Virus record (IMG/VR): IMGVR_UViG_3300031857_000228
Location: 1-56,249 of that record
Length of the DNA stretch: 56,249 bases
Source of the DNA: a virus
Lineage: Duplodnaviria > Caudoviricetes
Strand: one strand, 5' to 3'
Of this stretch, positions 1-9,814 are shown one piece after another (positions within the stretch are counted from its first letter, which is position 1; each line of letters opens with the position of its first letter). The translations under genes and the position numbers were made by a program. The notes under the pieces are model-generated. The model worked only from the letters and a program-made list of their open reading frames with translations, ran no database searches and had not been told where the DNA came from.

Positions 1-690
1 GCGGCCGACAACATCTTCATCTCCCTCAACAAGAACTCTGGCGCGTTCGCTTCGTGGAACGCCGCGCTTCCGTTCACGACGGGCTCGTTCTTCGGGTACT
101 GGCGCGCGTGGACGATCAGCGCGGGTGTCGGCTCGGTGGATTTGTACGAGTGTACCGAGGGCATCTGGGTGGTGTTCCGCACCTCGACGGGCGCGGCCAC
201 CTACCAGTGCGGCGCGGGCGCGCTCATCGACCCCGAGAGCACCGACGCGCTGGACGCCGAGAGCGACGGTCGCCTCTACGGGGTGTGGACGACGGGCAGC
301 GGCGGCACGGCCGACACGAACCTCCAGCAAGGCGGGGCGAACCGCACCGCGTTCAACCACGCCGTCGCACCGAACGCGGCTCACTGCGGTGTGTTCGTCC
401 CTGGCACGGGCACGCTGTTGACGGGCTACCGCAACCTGTTCTACGGCCTCGCCATTCCGAGCACGACCTACTTCCGCACGCGGTCTGGACGCTACGGGCG
501 TGCGGGCAGCATCCCGGTCAACTCGTCGGCAGCGGCGCCCTCGGACAACGTGTTGGGGTCCTTGCGCGGAATCGCGTACTGCTCCAACGCCACGCTCGGC
601 CAGCGGCAGGTCGATGGGGCCAACACGGTCGGCTACATCATCTCCGGGCAGGCCACGGTCGCGGGCTCGTCGTTCATCCTTCTGCACTGA
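1..690 (+). CDS. Virion structural/tail-associated protein, 5'-truncated by the window edge
   Basis: Frame 1 is open from base 1 (AADNIFISLNKNSG...) to TGA at 688-690. G/T/A/S/N-rich, beta-type composition; lies upstream of the lysis genes. Confidence 0.55.
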   Translation, partial: AADNIFISLNKNSGAFASWNAALPFTTGSFFGYWRAWTISAGVGSVDLYECTEGIWVVFRTSTGAATYQCGAGALIDPESTDALDAESDGRLYGVWTTGSGGTADTNLQQGGANRTAFNHAVAPNAAHCGVFVPGTGTLLTGYRNLFYGLAIPSTTYFRTRSGRYGRAGSIPVNSSAAAPSDNVLGSLRGIAYCSNATLGQRQVDGANTVGYIISGQATVAGSSFILLH

Positions 691-700
691 CGGAGACATC

Positions 701-910
701 ATGCAGGAACTCGCGAACTGGCTCCTCGACGTGCAGGCGGAAGGGTACACCATCGTGGAGGTGCGGGTTTCCTCCCCGTGGTCGGACTATCTCGTCGCGC
801 AGGGGATGTTCCCGGCCGGCGACGTGCAGCCCGCGTTGCCGGGGGAAGAGAACCTCGTGGTCGTCGCGACCTCGACGGGCGAGTACCTCGACGCCGTGCT
901 GTGTGCTTGA
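701..910 (+). CDS. Hypothetical protein (69 aa)
   Basis: GGAG RBS at 692-695 and ATG at 701 (MQELANWLLDVQ...); tightly packed with its neighbours. Confidence 0.65.
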   Translation: MQELANWLLDVQAEGYTIVEVRVSSPWSDYLVAQGMFPAGDVQPALPGEENLVVVATSTGEYLDAVLCA

Positions 911-912
911 GC

Positions 913-1140
913 ATGGCCCCCAACCACTTCGACACCCTGAGCCCGCTGGAGAAGGCCCTCGTGGAGACGCTCCAGGCGACGCACCGTGATGTCATCAAGG
1001 AACTTCGCATCTTCCGGTGGCACTTCATCGCGGTGGTGGTCTTCCTCATCGGACTCGTGGCATTGTCGAAGGGGATCGACCCCGGCGCTGCGGCCCGCGT
1101 CGTGCCGATCGTGACGGCCGGCGTTCCGAGTGGACCCTAA
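913..1140 (+). CDS. Small single-TM membrane protein (holin/antiholin candidate)
   Basis: MAPNHF...; hydrophobic stretch WHFIAVVVFLIGLVAL; lies in the lysis neighbourhood. Confidence 0.55.
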   Translation: MAPNHFDTLSPLEKALVETLQATHRDVIKELRIFRWHFIAVVVFLIGLVALSKGIDPGAAARVVPIVTAGVPSGP

Positions 1141-1282
1141 TCGCTGCGTCTTCCACGCCGATGAGGTTGGCGCACTCCTGGGCAACGGGTGGGTACGCCA
1201 TCCGAACGGTGAGATCTGCGCGAGCCAAGAAATAAGCTTTCAACTCGGTTCCGGTTTCCGGTTCCACTATGGTGAGAAGACG

Positions 1283-1813
1283 ATGGAGCCTGTCATGCAG
1301 CCCGAACCCGCCGCTCCCGAGGCCGTCCCTTCCGAGGTGGCCCTCCCCGAGGCGCCCGCTGATGTCGAGCTTCCGGCCACCCCCGAGGCCGTTGCCGCCA
1401 CGACGGAGGCGCCGGACGCGAGCGCGGCTGTCGCAACCGCGGCCGATGCTGCTGCGAAGATCGGAGGGGACTACGCCGCGATCCTCGCCGTGATCCTCGC
1501 TGCAATCGCTGTCCTCGGCGGGAAGAAGGCATGGGACTACTACAGCGAGCGCAGCCAGCAGCGGCACGCGCTCGCCGTCAAGGAGCTGGAGTTGAAGGCG
1601 CAGGCGCAGGGGCTCAACGGCGCGCAGCCGCCGCCCTGTCAGGCCGCGACTCTGAAGCTGGAGGCCGAGATCACCGACCTCAAGGGCCGGCTCGGCGCGG
1701 TCGAGAAGAAGACCACCTCCATGTCCCCCGACTTCGACGCGGAAGACATGGAGCGGCAGCTCAAGCGGCTCCAGAAGACCGTGAAGGCGATGCAGGAAGG
1801 GACGAACGGATGA
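1283..1813 (+). CDS. Membrane-anchored coiled-coil protein with acidic Pro/Ala-rich N-terminus
   Basis: ATG at 1283 (MEPVMQPEP...); TM AAILAVILAAIAVLGG followed by a heptad-like region; ATGA overlap with the next gene. Confidence 0.65.
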   Translation: MEPVMQPEPAAPEAVPSEVALPEAPADVELPATPEAVAATTEAPDASAAVATAADAAAKIGGDYAAILAVILAAIAVLGGKKAWDYYSERSQQRHALAVKELELKAQAQGLNGAQPPPCQAATLKLEAEITDLKGRLGAVEKKTTSMSPDFDAEDMERQLKRLQKTVKAMQEGTNG

Positions 1814-2280
1814 CCCCCGGAGCCGACACGAGCGCGCCCGAAGAAGCGGAGGCTCCGCGCGAGCCTTCGATCCCCGAGGCGAGCACCGAGGCCTCGGAGC
1901 GGCTTGAAACGCTGGTCGCCCCGGCCCCCTTCGTCGAGCGGAAGTACCCGAGCCTGTACGACCAGACGAACACCACGATCCTCGCCATCGTTCTCGGCAT
2001 CGGGATTGTCGGGGGCGTCCAGTTCGCCATCTACCGCATCTATACGCTGGCGAGGAACGAGCACGAGCTGCTGACGCGCTTCGTCGTGTCGCTCGTGGCG
2101 CTCGTGGTCGGAGCCTATATCGCGGACCTCCTCATCGCGGGCCCGGACACCTCGTTGCTGTCGGACGACGAGCACACGATCATCCTTGGGTTCATCAAGG
2201 ACATCTGCCTCATGGTGTTCGCGTTCTACTTCGGAACGAAGGCGAGCGCCTCTCCTCCCTCCTCTGGAGCGTCCGAATGA
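1810..2280 (+). CDS. Putative 3-TM holin
   Basis: Three hydrophobic segments ending in MVFAFYFGTK, an FYFG motif typical of 3-TM holins. ATGA-coupled directly to the endolysin. Confidence 0.6.
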   Translation: MTPGADTSAPEEAEAPREPSIPEASTEASERLETLVAPAPFVERKYPSLYDQTNTTILAIVLGIGIVGGVQFAIYRIYTLARNEHELLTRFVVSLVALVVGAYIADLLIAGPDTSLLSDDEHTIILGFIKDICLMVFAFYFGTKASASPPSSGASE

Positions 2281-3080
2281 GCGCCCCCGTCGCCCTCGTC
2301 CCGGTGGACCTCTCCATCGCCTCCTCGTACCAGAAGAGCGGGGGAACGGGCGGGCCTCGCGCCACGCTCACGCCGCTCGCCAAGCTGGGCAAGGCCGGGG
2401 TCGCAGCGCCGGAGATGGCGCCTGCTCTCAAGGCGCTCTCCGACGCCGTGGCGGCGCGAGGCGGCGACTTCCGGGTCACCGAGTGCCACCGTGACGTGGC
2501 CGTGCAGCAGGCGGCCCGCGCGAAGTACGACCTGTGGGTTCGGGCGGGCAAGCCGGCGCCGGGCACGGCCGCCTTCGACGCCAAGACCATGAAGGCCGCC
2601 TTCGTCGCCGCTCCGGGCAGGAGCGGGCACAACGCCGGACGCAGCATCGACGTCCACCTGTCGGAGCTGAGGTTCCCCGGTGTGCCTGCGAACAAGCAGC
2701 TCGACGTGCTGTGGGAGTGCGCGCTGCCGCTGGGCTGGAAGCCGATCATCCGCGAGGCCGACGAAGGGGCCAAGGAAGCGTGGCACTTCGACTTTCCCGG
2801 CGAGCTGAAGGGCGTCATGGACCGCCTCGGCTACGAGCAGTGGGCGCTTTGCGGCGCTATCCTGGTCGGCCACGGCGACCTTGTGAGCTACGCGGCGGTC
2901 CTTCAGGCGCTTCTGTCGCGCGCCGGGTACGACATCGGGAAGATCGACGGACTCGCCGGCGCGAAGACGCACCAAGCGCTGGCGCTGGCGCTCGGTGTCG
3001 ATATTGCGCGTGTCCCCGGCATCCTTGCGAACCAGGACACGCAGATTTACGCTAAGCTGCACGCACTCCCGGCGAAGTGA
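2277..3080 (+). CDS. Endolysin: M15-type Zn peptidase plus C-terminal peptidoglycan-binding domain
   Basis: SGHNAGRSIDV (SxHxxGxxxD) and EAWHFD (ExxH) motifs; C-terminal GYDIGKIDGLAGAKTHQAL resembles PG_binding_1. Confidence 0.85.
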   Translation: MSAPVALVPVDLSIASSYQKSGGTGGPRATLTPLAKLGKAGVAAPEMAPALKALSDAVAARGGDFRVTECHRDVAVQQAARAKYDLWVRAGKPAPGTAAFDAKTMKAAFVAAPGRSGHNAGRSIDVHLSELRFPGVPANKQLDVLWECALPLGWKPIIREADEGAKEAWHFDFPGELKGVMDRLGYEQWALCGAILVGHGDLVSYAAVLQALLSRAGYDIGKIDGLAGAKTHQALALALGVDIARVPGILANQDTQIYAKLHALPAK

Positions 3081-4561
3081 TGACGACAGGCCAGACGCTC
3101 TACCCTGTTCCGCGAGGCTCTCCCGGCGTTGCGCTGACGGGGCCGCTCTCCGGGTTCGGAGAGGTACAGACGGCGTCTCCGTCTCCGACCGGACAGGTCG
3201 CCTTCGTCTACGGACTGAACCCGCTGCTGCTGACCTCGTACACCTACGGCGCGGGGGCGTCGGTGACGGCGGTCAACGGTGAGGCCACGCTGGCGAGCGG
3301 TACGGCGGCTGACGGCTACGCGCGGCTCGTCAGCAAGAAAGTGGCAAAGTACCGCGCCGGGCAGGCCACGCTGGCCCGCTGGACGGCGCGCTTCTCGGCG
3401 GGCTCGGCGGGCAACCGGCAGATGGCGGGCCTCTACAACATCGAGGCGGGCTACCAGTTCGGCTACAACGGCACCTCGTTCGGCATCCTCTACACGGAGG
3501 CCGCGACCGTCGAAGTGCAGACGCTGACGATCACGACGAAGGCGAGCACCGCGACGAACGTGACGGTGACGCTCGACGCGGGTACGCCGGTCGTCGTGCC
3601 GGTGACGAACGGCGCGAACACCAGCGTCACGGCGGCTGAGATCGCAGCGGCCGACTACTCGCAGGCGGCCGGCGGATGGGACGCCATCGCCATCGCGAAT
3701 GTCGTCTACTTCACCCGCCGCCTGCCGGGCCCGGCGGGGGCATCCACCTTCGCGCCGGGGACGAGTGGCGCCGTGGGCGCGTTCGCCATCCTGACGACCG
3801 GTGTGGTGGCGACCGAGCAGCTCATCGCCCAGAGCACCTGGAACGGGACGCCGCTCACGTTCGACCCGACGAAGGGGAACGTCTACGGCGTGCAGTTCCA
3901 GTACCTCGGGTACGGGGACGCCTTCTTCTACATCGAGGACGGCTCCACCGGGCGGCTGGTTCTGGTACATACGGTGCGGAACGCCGGGACGCGGACCAGC
4001 ACGAACCTGCGAAACCCGAACCTTTACCTCACCTGGGAGAGCCGGAACACGGGCACCGGCATCTCAAAGACGATGCACGGAGCCAGCGGCGGCGCGTTCG
4101 TAGAGGGCGCCGTGACGTTCCTCGGCGCGCAGTTCGCGTCGACCGCGTCGAAGAGCATCGGTGCCGGCGTCGAGACGCCCGTGCTGACGCTGCGGGCCAG
4201 CACTGTCCACCAGAACCGAGTCTCCACGGCGCAGCTTCAGATCGACCGGTTCTCCGTCGCGTGCGACGGTACGAAGAACGTGGACTTCAAGGTCTATAAG
4301 AACGGCACGCTGACGGCACCGCAGTTCGCGCGGGTCAACGGCAACCTCAGCGCCGCGGACTACGACTCTGCTGCGACGGCCTTCGTCATCGGCACGGGAG
4401 CGCAGGTCTATGCCTTCTCGGTGCAGAAGACCGGAAACGCCACCGAGTCGGTGACGGATCTCTCGCTGTTCATGCAGGCGGGCGATGAGATCACGATCAC
4501 GGCGTACAGCGCCAACGCCAGCGACATCTCCGCGTCGATCACCTGGATAGAGGACATCTGA
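3077..4561 (+). CDS. Virion structural protein (tail/fibre-associated, beta-rich)
   Basis: 494 aa, T/A/G-rich, with strong GC3 coding signal; FQYLGYG segment of the type seen in phage virion proteins. Confidence 0.55.
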   Translation: MMTTGQTLYPVPRGSPGVALTGPLSGFGEVQTASPSPTGQVAFVYGLNPLLLTSYTYGAGASVTAVNGEATLASGTAADGYARLVSKKVAKYRAGQATLARWTARFSAGSAGNRQMAGLYNIEAGYQFGYNGTSFGILYTEAATVEVQTLTITTKASTATNVTVTLDAGTPVVVPVTNGANTSVTAAEIAAADYSQAAGGWDAIAIANVVYFTRRLPGPAGASTFAPGTSGAVGAFAILTTGVVATEQLIAQSTWNGTPLTFDPTKGNVYGVQFQYLGYGDAFFYIEDGSTGRLVLVHTVRNAGTRTSTNLRNPNLYLTWESRNTGTGISKTMHGASGGAFVEGAVTFLGAQFASTASKSIGAGVETPVLTLRASTVHQNRVSTAQLQIDRFSVACDGTKNVDFKVYKNGTLTAPQFARVNGNLSAADYDSAATAFVIGTGAQVYAFSVQKTGNATESVTDLSLFMQAGDEITITAYSANASDISASITWIEDI

Positions 4562-4562
4562 C

Positions 4563-4934
4563 ATGGATCCCGTCACCGCCGTCGTCATCGCCGTCGTCGC
4601 CGCGCTCGCCGCGGGCTTTGGGGCTGGGTGGGGCTTGAAGCCCGATGACGCCTCGAAGGCGCTTCAGGCCCAGGCCGGCGCCATCGAGGCGCTTCAGGAA
4701 GGGCAGGCCGAGCTTCTCGCGGAAATCAACCAGCCCATCGTCATCGACGCCGAGCTGAAGGCGACGCTCGCCGAGGTCCCCGTGCAGTGCCGCAAGGACA
4801 TGGGCGGCGACCCGACCTCGGTGCAGTGCCAGTGGGCGACCTGCCTTCAGTTCGGGCAGTCGAGCGCGCAGCGGCCCGAATGCCGGGCTGTCGAGCAGCT
4901 CATGGTGGACAATCTCAAGGGATGCAAGGAGTAG
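4563..4934 (+). CDS. Membrane-anchored Cys-containing protein (inner-spanin-like candidate)
   Basis: N-terminal TM, short coiled coil and five C-terminal Cys; GAGG RBS upstream. No lipobox seen. Confidence 0.45.
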   Translation: MDPVTAVVIAVVAALAAGFGAGWGLKPDDASKALQAQAGAIEALQEGQAELLAEINQPIVIDAELKATLAEVPVQCRKDMGGDPTSVQCQWATCLQFGQSSAQRPECRAVEQLMVDNLKGCKE

Positions 4935-4936
4935 CC

Positions 4937-5062
4937 ATGCCGCTCAAGTCTGACGCGCAGCGTCGCTACCTCTACGCGGTGGCGCCCGAGGTAGCGAAGA
5001 AGCTCGCGGAGAAGACGCCGAAGGGCGCGAAGCTCCCCGAACACGTCAGCCCGAAGAAGTAG
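4937..5062 (+). CDS. Small basic phage protein (MPLKSDAQRRYLYA...)
   Basis: AGGAG RBS and ATG at 4937; resembles the recurrent phage MPxKSxAQRR peptide family. Confidence 0.65.
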   Translation: MPLKSDAQRRYLYAVAPEVAKKLAEKTPKGAKLPEHVSPKK

Positions 5063-5324
5063 TCGTCGCAAAGGCGGGTGTGCCGCTGCCGAGCCACGCG
5101 CAGAAGGTGTTGAACTCGTGCCACTCGACTGCGGTCTCGTAGTCCATGCCCTCGTGCGCGACGGCCTGTGCGATGACGGCATCTCGGTCATACACCAAGA
5201 AGTGCTCGCCGCCCCGCTCTGCGATGGCGATGACGGCAGGATCGTAGACTTCCGCAGGCTCGATCCGTAGAACGGCGACCTCGTTCTCCTCGGCGAACCG
5301 GTCGATAGTCTTGTTCCGCCCCAT
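5046..5324 (-). CDS. Conserved hypothetical phage protein
   Basis: ATG at 5324 (MGRNKT...); LVYDRD...GMDYETAVEWHEFN...AWLGSGTP pattern common in phages; follows the XRE gene. Confidence 0.7.
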   Translation of the reverse strand: MGRNKTIDRFAEENEVAVLRIEPAEVYDPAVIAIAERGGEHFLVYDRDAVIAQAVAHEGMDYETAVEWHEFNTFCAWLGSGTPAFATTTSSG

Positions 5325-5325
5325 G

Positions 5326-5634
5326 TCACGCATCCTTCGTGCGCACGCCGATGCGCGCGTCCTCGGCGAGGTTGACCAGCAGGGCAACCCACTCCGCCGG
5401 CGTCTCGGGCTCGGGGGCATTGGTGTTCGGGGCGCTCGCGAAGGCTAAGGCGAACCCGCGCACATGGCGCAGGGTCGGCATCCGCACGCCGTTGATGACG
5501 CGCGACACCTCGGGCTGCGTGAGGCCCCCGCGGCGGGCCAGCTCGGCGAAGCTCCAGTGGCGGGCCTTGCGATGGGTCTCGACGAACTTGAGGAACGGAT
5601 CGGTCTGCGGATTGATGACGGGCTCAGGCGCCAT
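5326..5634 (-). CDS. XRE/Cro-CI-family HTH transcriptional regulator
   Basis: AGGAGG RBS and ATG at 5634; WSFAELARRGGLTQPEVSRVINGVRMP is a classic HTH_3 signature. Divergent from the replication genes. Confidence 0.85.
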   Translation of the reverse strand: MAPEPVINPQTDPFLKFVETHRKARHWSFAELARRGGLTQPEVSRVINGVRMPTLRHVRGFALAFASAPNTNAPEPETPAEWVALLVNLAEDARIGVRTKDA

Positions 5635-5666
5635 GAGAACCTCCTGGCGCACGAGCGCCTCGACAG

Positions 5667-5730
5667 AGACTATCGGAGAGATACCATCTCGTCAAGTACC
5701 CTTGACGCTGCGGTATCGCTCCGCTATACC
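5667..5730. promoter_or_regulatory. Back-to-back divergent sigma70-type promoters with operator-like sites
   Basis: Minus strand TTGACG(5695-5690)-17-TAGTCT(5672-5667); plus strand TTGACG(5702-5707)-17-TATACC(5725-5730). Both read CTTGACG-N4-GGTAT. Confidence 0.75.
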
Positions 5731-5753
5731 CTGAGCGCCAACAGGAGACCCTC

Positions 5754-7676
5754 ATGTGGGACCAGCCCCACTACCTCTACAAGCTGCACGACGCGCAGCA
5801 CGCCGCCTATGCTCTCGCGCTGGAGCAGCACATCCCTGGCGTTCTCGCGTGGGCCGTGCGTGGCCGCAAGAAGTACCGCCTCTCGAAGAGCGAGTGGCCG
5901 ACGGACGGAGAGCCGTCGCACATCGACATCTACGCCCCGGTCCACGCGGCGTTCGTCGTCGAACACTTCCTCAGCGGCTGGGGCGTTCAGGGCTGGACGA
6001 CACGCGCCCACGGCGACGCGGACTGTATCGGCCCGTGGCCGCAGGACGCCGGGGCCCTGGACCGCATGGCCGGAATCGGAGAGGCCCTCCTCAACGCGCA
6101 GGTCGCGCGCGGCGAGCTGAAGCCGCATGTCGCCCAGATGGCGACGCCCTACCAGAAGCGCAGCGCGGCATGGACGGATTCCCGGCCTTGGACGATGAAC
6201 ATCTGGCCATGCGGCAGCGGCAAGACCGTCGGCGCTCTGATTGACTCACTCACACGAACGGGCACCGTCCTCGTAATCTGTCCGGCCAAGGCGCGCCATG
6301 TCTGGTGGACACAAACTCAGCAGTACACGAATCTTCTGCCTTGGCGGCTGCTTCCTGACAGCGAGCGTCGCAAGTCCGACATGACTTGGGACCAGTATGT
6401 CGAGCATTGTGCGACGACGGGACAGCGCCGCTTCGTCGTGGTGGGGGCCGAGAGCCTCAACGACAACATCGAGTTCATCAAGCGGCTCGAACCGTCGGTC
6501 CTCATCCTCGACGAGCTGCATATCCACGGGCAGTCGAAACGCTGGAAGGCCGTGCAGCAGTCCGATGGCTCGACGAGCTTCCACCGCCGGCAGACCGCCA
6601 GCGGCGACCGGGATGCGTGGTCCGTCGCCATCATGGATGTGAGCCGCCTGCCGAGCCTCAAGCTCCGCGTGGGCCTCACCGCCACCCCGCTCGACGACGG
6701 GCGCCCGCGGCGCCTCTGGTCGCAGCTCGACCTGCTCACGCCGGGCGGGTTCGCGCACAGCTACCGGCGCTTCGCAGAGCGGTACTGCGACGCGGTGTCG
6801 AACCCCTACGGCGGCATGGACGACAAGGGCAGCAGCAACATCGACGAGCTGCGCGCCCGCTGCTCCTTCTTCACGCACGAGGTGCCGTACACCGAGAGCC
6901 ACGCCAGCCTGCCGCCGACGCGCATCCAGGTCGTCTACCTGCCCGTCACGGCGCAGGAGAAGGCCGAGCGCTACGACGACGCACAAACCTTCGATCAAGC
7001 CATCAAACAGCTTGCACGGCAGGCCCGCGGAGAATATGAAGATGTGCCGGCGCGAGAACGCCTCATCGAGGCGCGTCTTGCGGAGGCGTGTTCGCGGAAG
7101 CGTGGCTATGTCGTCGCGGAGGCCCTTGAGGGGCTGAAGGGCGGCGGCAAGGTCATCGTGTTCACGGCGCGCCGCCGGGAAGCCGAGCGCTGGGGAGAGG
7201 CGATCCGAAAGGCCGTCTCCTCCGGCGACGAGGCGAAGAACGCGACGGTCTGGGTTGGGCACGGCGGCGTAAGCGAGTCCGAGCGCAACGACATGATCGA
7301 CGGGTTCCGAAACAGCACGGGTCCCTGCTGCCTCGTCGGCACGGGTCAGGCGTTCGGGATTGCGGTCGATGGCATGCAGACAGCAGACCTCGCCATCTTC
7401 GCCATGCTCCCCTGGAAGCCCGGCGACTTCCTTCAGTGGCGTGGCCGGTTCGACCGTCATGGCGGGCGGGCTACGCTGCTGAAGGTCGTCGTCGCGTCGG
7501 CGACCTACGACGAGCGCGTCGTCGAGATCCTGACCGACAAGTTCGGCCCCATCGAGCAGTTCCTCGCGGCGGACGAGCTGGACGGCATGGGCGAGAAGCT
7601 GCTCGGGATGGAGGACCGCGGGGCCCTCATGGACGATGTCGTCTCGAAGCTGTTCGTCGTGGACGAGGAAGAATAG
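5754..7676 (+). CDS. SNF2-like superfamily 2 helicase
   Basis: Motifs GSGKT (I), ILDELH (II), LTATP (III) and QWRGRFDR (VI); AGGAG RBS. Confidence 0.85.
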   Translation: MWDQPHYLYKLHDAQHAAYALALEQHIPGVLAWAVRGRKKYRLSKSEWPTDGEPSHIDIYAPVHAAFVVEHFLSGWGVQGWTTRAHGDADCIGPWPQDAGALDRMAGIGEALLNAQVARGELKPHVAQMATPYQKRSAAWTDSRPWTMNIWPCGSGKTVGALIDSLTRTGTVLVICPAKARHVWWTQTQQYTNLLPWRLLPDSERRKSDMTWDQYVEHCATTGQRRFVVVGAESLNDNIEFIKRLEPSVLILDELHIHGQSKRWKAVQQSDGSTSFHRRQTASGDRDAWSVAIMDVSRLPSLKLRVGLTATPLDDGRPRRLWSQLDLLTPGGFAHSYRRFAERYCDAVSNPYGGMDDKGSSNIDELRARCSFFTHEVPYTESHASLPPTRIQVVYLPVTAQEKAERYDDAQTFDQAIKQLARQARGEYEDVPARERLIEARLAEACSRKRGYVVAEALEGLKGGGKVIVFTARRREAERWGEAIRKAVSSGDEAKNATVWVGHGGVSESERNDMIDGFRNSTGPCCLVGTGQAFGIAVDGMQTADLAIFAMLPWKPGDFLQWRGRFDRHGGRATLLKVVVASATYDERVVEILTDKFGPIEQFLAADELDGMGEKLLGMEDRGALMDDVVSKLFVVDEEE

Positions 7677-7723
7677 TGCGCCTGTCGGTGGCGCGTCCGT
7701 ACCTATGGGTATAGAGGAGCGCC

Positions 7724-8710
7724 ATGACCAAGATGCTCATCGACGCCGGCAAGTCGAGCCGTGGCTGGAGCCGCGTCGGCAACTTCGCGAAGTGCCCCCA
7801 GCTCTTCGCCTACCTCTACCGCGGCGAGCGCCTCGCGGACGACAACGGCGTCGCGCCCGACATCGCGCCCCCGGCGGAGGCGCTGGCGAAGGGGTCCATC
7901 GGCCACACGCTCCAGGCCCACCTCCACGCGCTGTGGGGTGCGGCCCAGCCGCAGGGCGTCGTCGTGGACGAGACGATGCACCACGACCCATCCGTGTTCA
8001 TGGAGCCTGAGGACGCCGCGAAGGCGTGGTGCGACAAGTACGGCAGCCACAACCTGCTACCCCAGATGATCAAGGTCTTCCACGCCTACCTCGCGCGGTT
8101 CCCTGAGCCCCCCGGAGATGTCATCGCGGTCGAGGCCCCGGTCACGGCGGTCCTCGGCAAGCTGCGCGAGGAGTGGGGTCTGTGGGTCGGCGAGGAGGTG
8201 GGCGGCGAGTGGCGGAGCCTAGATGGTGCAGTCATCGAGGTGACGCCGCTTCATGCCCCTGACCACAAAGAGCACGGGCGTCCCATCACGCTCACTCGCC
8301 GCTTTGACCTCGTAACGCGCGATAAGTCAGGACGCTACTACATTTGGGACCACAAACATCAGGCTTCGGTGAACGCGAAGAGCAGCGCCGCGGCCTACGC
8401 CATCGACGGCGGCTTCGCCGCGTTCCGCATCATGGGCCGGCAGCTCTACGGCGAGTCGTTCGGCGGGCTGACGCTGAACCTCATCAGCTCGACGCAGCCG
8501 GGCATGGTCGCACGCGAGCAGGTCCCGGCGACGCCGCACCGTGACGCACACTTCGCGAAGTGGCTATGGTGGGCGGAGCATCAGATCGCCCAGCTCGACC
8601 TGACGGTCGATCCCTGGGAGTGGCCCAAAGCCCAGAACGAACTGTCCTGCTACGGGCGCTACGGCCCCTGCGCAGGGCTCGACCTTTGCTCCCTCGGCCC
8701 TCGGGCGTGA
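7724..8710 (+). CDS. Cas4/RecB-like PD-(D/E)XK exonuclease
   Basis: N-terminal KCPQ and GSIGH; RFDLV...IWDHK core; C-terminal CY...PC...LC cluster. Confidence 0.8.
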   Translation: MTKMLIDAGKSSRGWSRVGNFAKCPQLFAYLYRGERLADDNGVAPDIAPPAEALAKGSIGHTLQAHLHALWGAAQPQGVVVDETMHHDPSVFMEPEDAAKAWCDKYGSHNLLPQMIKVFHAYLARFPEPPGDVIAVEAPVTAVLGKLREEWGLWVGEEVGGEWRSLDGAVIEVTPLHAPDHKEHGRPITLTRRFDLVTRDKSGRYYIWDHKHQASVNAKSSAAAYAIDGGFAAFRIMGRQLYGESFGGLTLNLISSTQPGMVAREQVPATPHRDAHFAKWLWWAEHQIAQLDLTVDPWEWPKAQNELSCYGRYGPCAGLDLCSLGPRA

Positions 8711-8774
8711 GGGGGCGGCCCTCGCGCGTCGCGGTCCGCGCACGGGGGTCGAACCAGGACCGGAGTACCACCAT

Positions 8775-9785
8775 ATGTCCGACAATCCGACCGTCATGGT
8801 GACGGTCTATGGCAAACCCAAGAAGAAGAAGACGAGCGATGTCCTCGCCGCGTTCCCGACTGCCTTGTGCATCGGGGTGCCGAGCGCCATCACGCTCGTC
8901 GCGCAGAACGAGCTGGGCTTCACCCCGGCGGTCCACCCCGAGCCCCCGCAGACGCTGCCCGAGCTGGTCGCGCTGCTCGACTACGTCAGCCGCACCGGCA
9001 TGGCGAAGCAGTACGGAGCCATCGTCATCGACGACGCCAGCCACATCTGCGACCGCAGCATGATGGCCTGGAACGAGGAGGCGCCGGCGGGGAAGAGCGG
9101 CAAGAAGGACAAGTTCTACGCCTTCCAGCAGCTCAACAAGTACCTGCTCATGCTGTCGGGCCTCTCCCGCCACATGGGTGTCCACCTCGCGTTCACCTTC
9201 CACGAGCGTATGCCCGGCACGAACGCCGACGGGTTCTTCTGCCCCGGCGGCCCGAACGTGCCGAGCCGCAATCAGGTGGAGACGCTCCCCAGCTGGTGCG
9301 ACATCAACGTGCGCGCGATGGTCGACTCGACCTACCCGGATCCCTGGTTTCCGGGCGTCTACTTCTGCGACCCCACGAACCCCGAGTGGGTGACGGGCGA
9401 CCGGACGGGCGTGTGCTGGGCGAAGACGCCGGGCAACCTCCGCGAGATCCTCCGGGCTTCGGCTGGCGGATACGCGCTCGCGCGCGTGCCGGGGCTGGAG
9501 TGGCAGGACGATCTGGCGGACGAGCTGGCCGCGCTCATCGTCGAGACGGGAGACATCAACGGCTCGCTGAAGAAAGTTTCCCAGTCGAATCCTCTGTTCT
9601 CGTCGGGTACGCCGCAGATTCATCTTCGGTGGGCTTGCCAGGACGGTATCGCTCGCGCTACGTTCCAGAAGCGCAAGGCGAGGAACCTCTTCGACCTCGC
9701 GTCCAAGGAAGAGCCGAAGAAGGGGAACGGCGTGCCTGTGCCTGTCCCCTCCGGTAGCTCGTCCTCGGCGACCACGAACAACTGA
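8775..9785 (+). CDS. Sak4/AAA_24-like ATPase (recombinase-associated)
   Basis: VYGKPKKKKTS (variant Walker A), IVIDD (Walker B), FTFHE and WCD; sits between the nuclease and an SSB-like gene. Confidence 0.7.
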   Translation: MSDNPTVMVTVYGKPKKKKTSDVLAAFPTALCIGVPSAITLVAQNELGFTPAVHPEPPQTLPELVALLDYVSRTGMAKQYGAIVIDDASHICDRSMMAWNEEAPAGKSGKKDKFYAFQQLNKYLLMLSGLSRHMGVHLAFTFHERMPGTNADGFFCPGGPNVPSRNQVETLPSWCDINVRAMVDSTYPDPWFPGVYFCDPTNPEWVTGDRTGVCWAKTPGNLREILRASAGGYALARVPGLEWQDDLADELAALIVETGDINGSLKKVSQSNPLFSSGTPQIHLRWACQDGIARATFQKRKARNLFDLASKEEPKKGNGVPVPVPSGSSSSATTNN

Positions 9786-9814
9786 CCATCACCACCAGTA
9801 CGACGGAGTTCATC

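Noticed and set aside
1130-1282. N-terminal extensions given by the ORF track (also at 24914, 32341, 32847, 34524, 41412)
   Set aside because: Better RBS- or promoter-supported starts lie downstream, and the extensions cross AT-rich intergenic DNA or overlap neighbouring genes.
5326-5730. Proof of a temperate lifestyle from the repressor-like switch
   Set aside because: No integrase, att site or partition system is visible, so lifestyle and host cannot be determined from this window.
8711-8774. T-loop-like GGTTCGACCCC on the minus strand
   Set aside because: No acceptor, D or anticodon arms, so not a tRNA.
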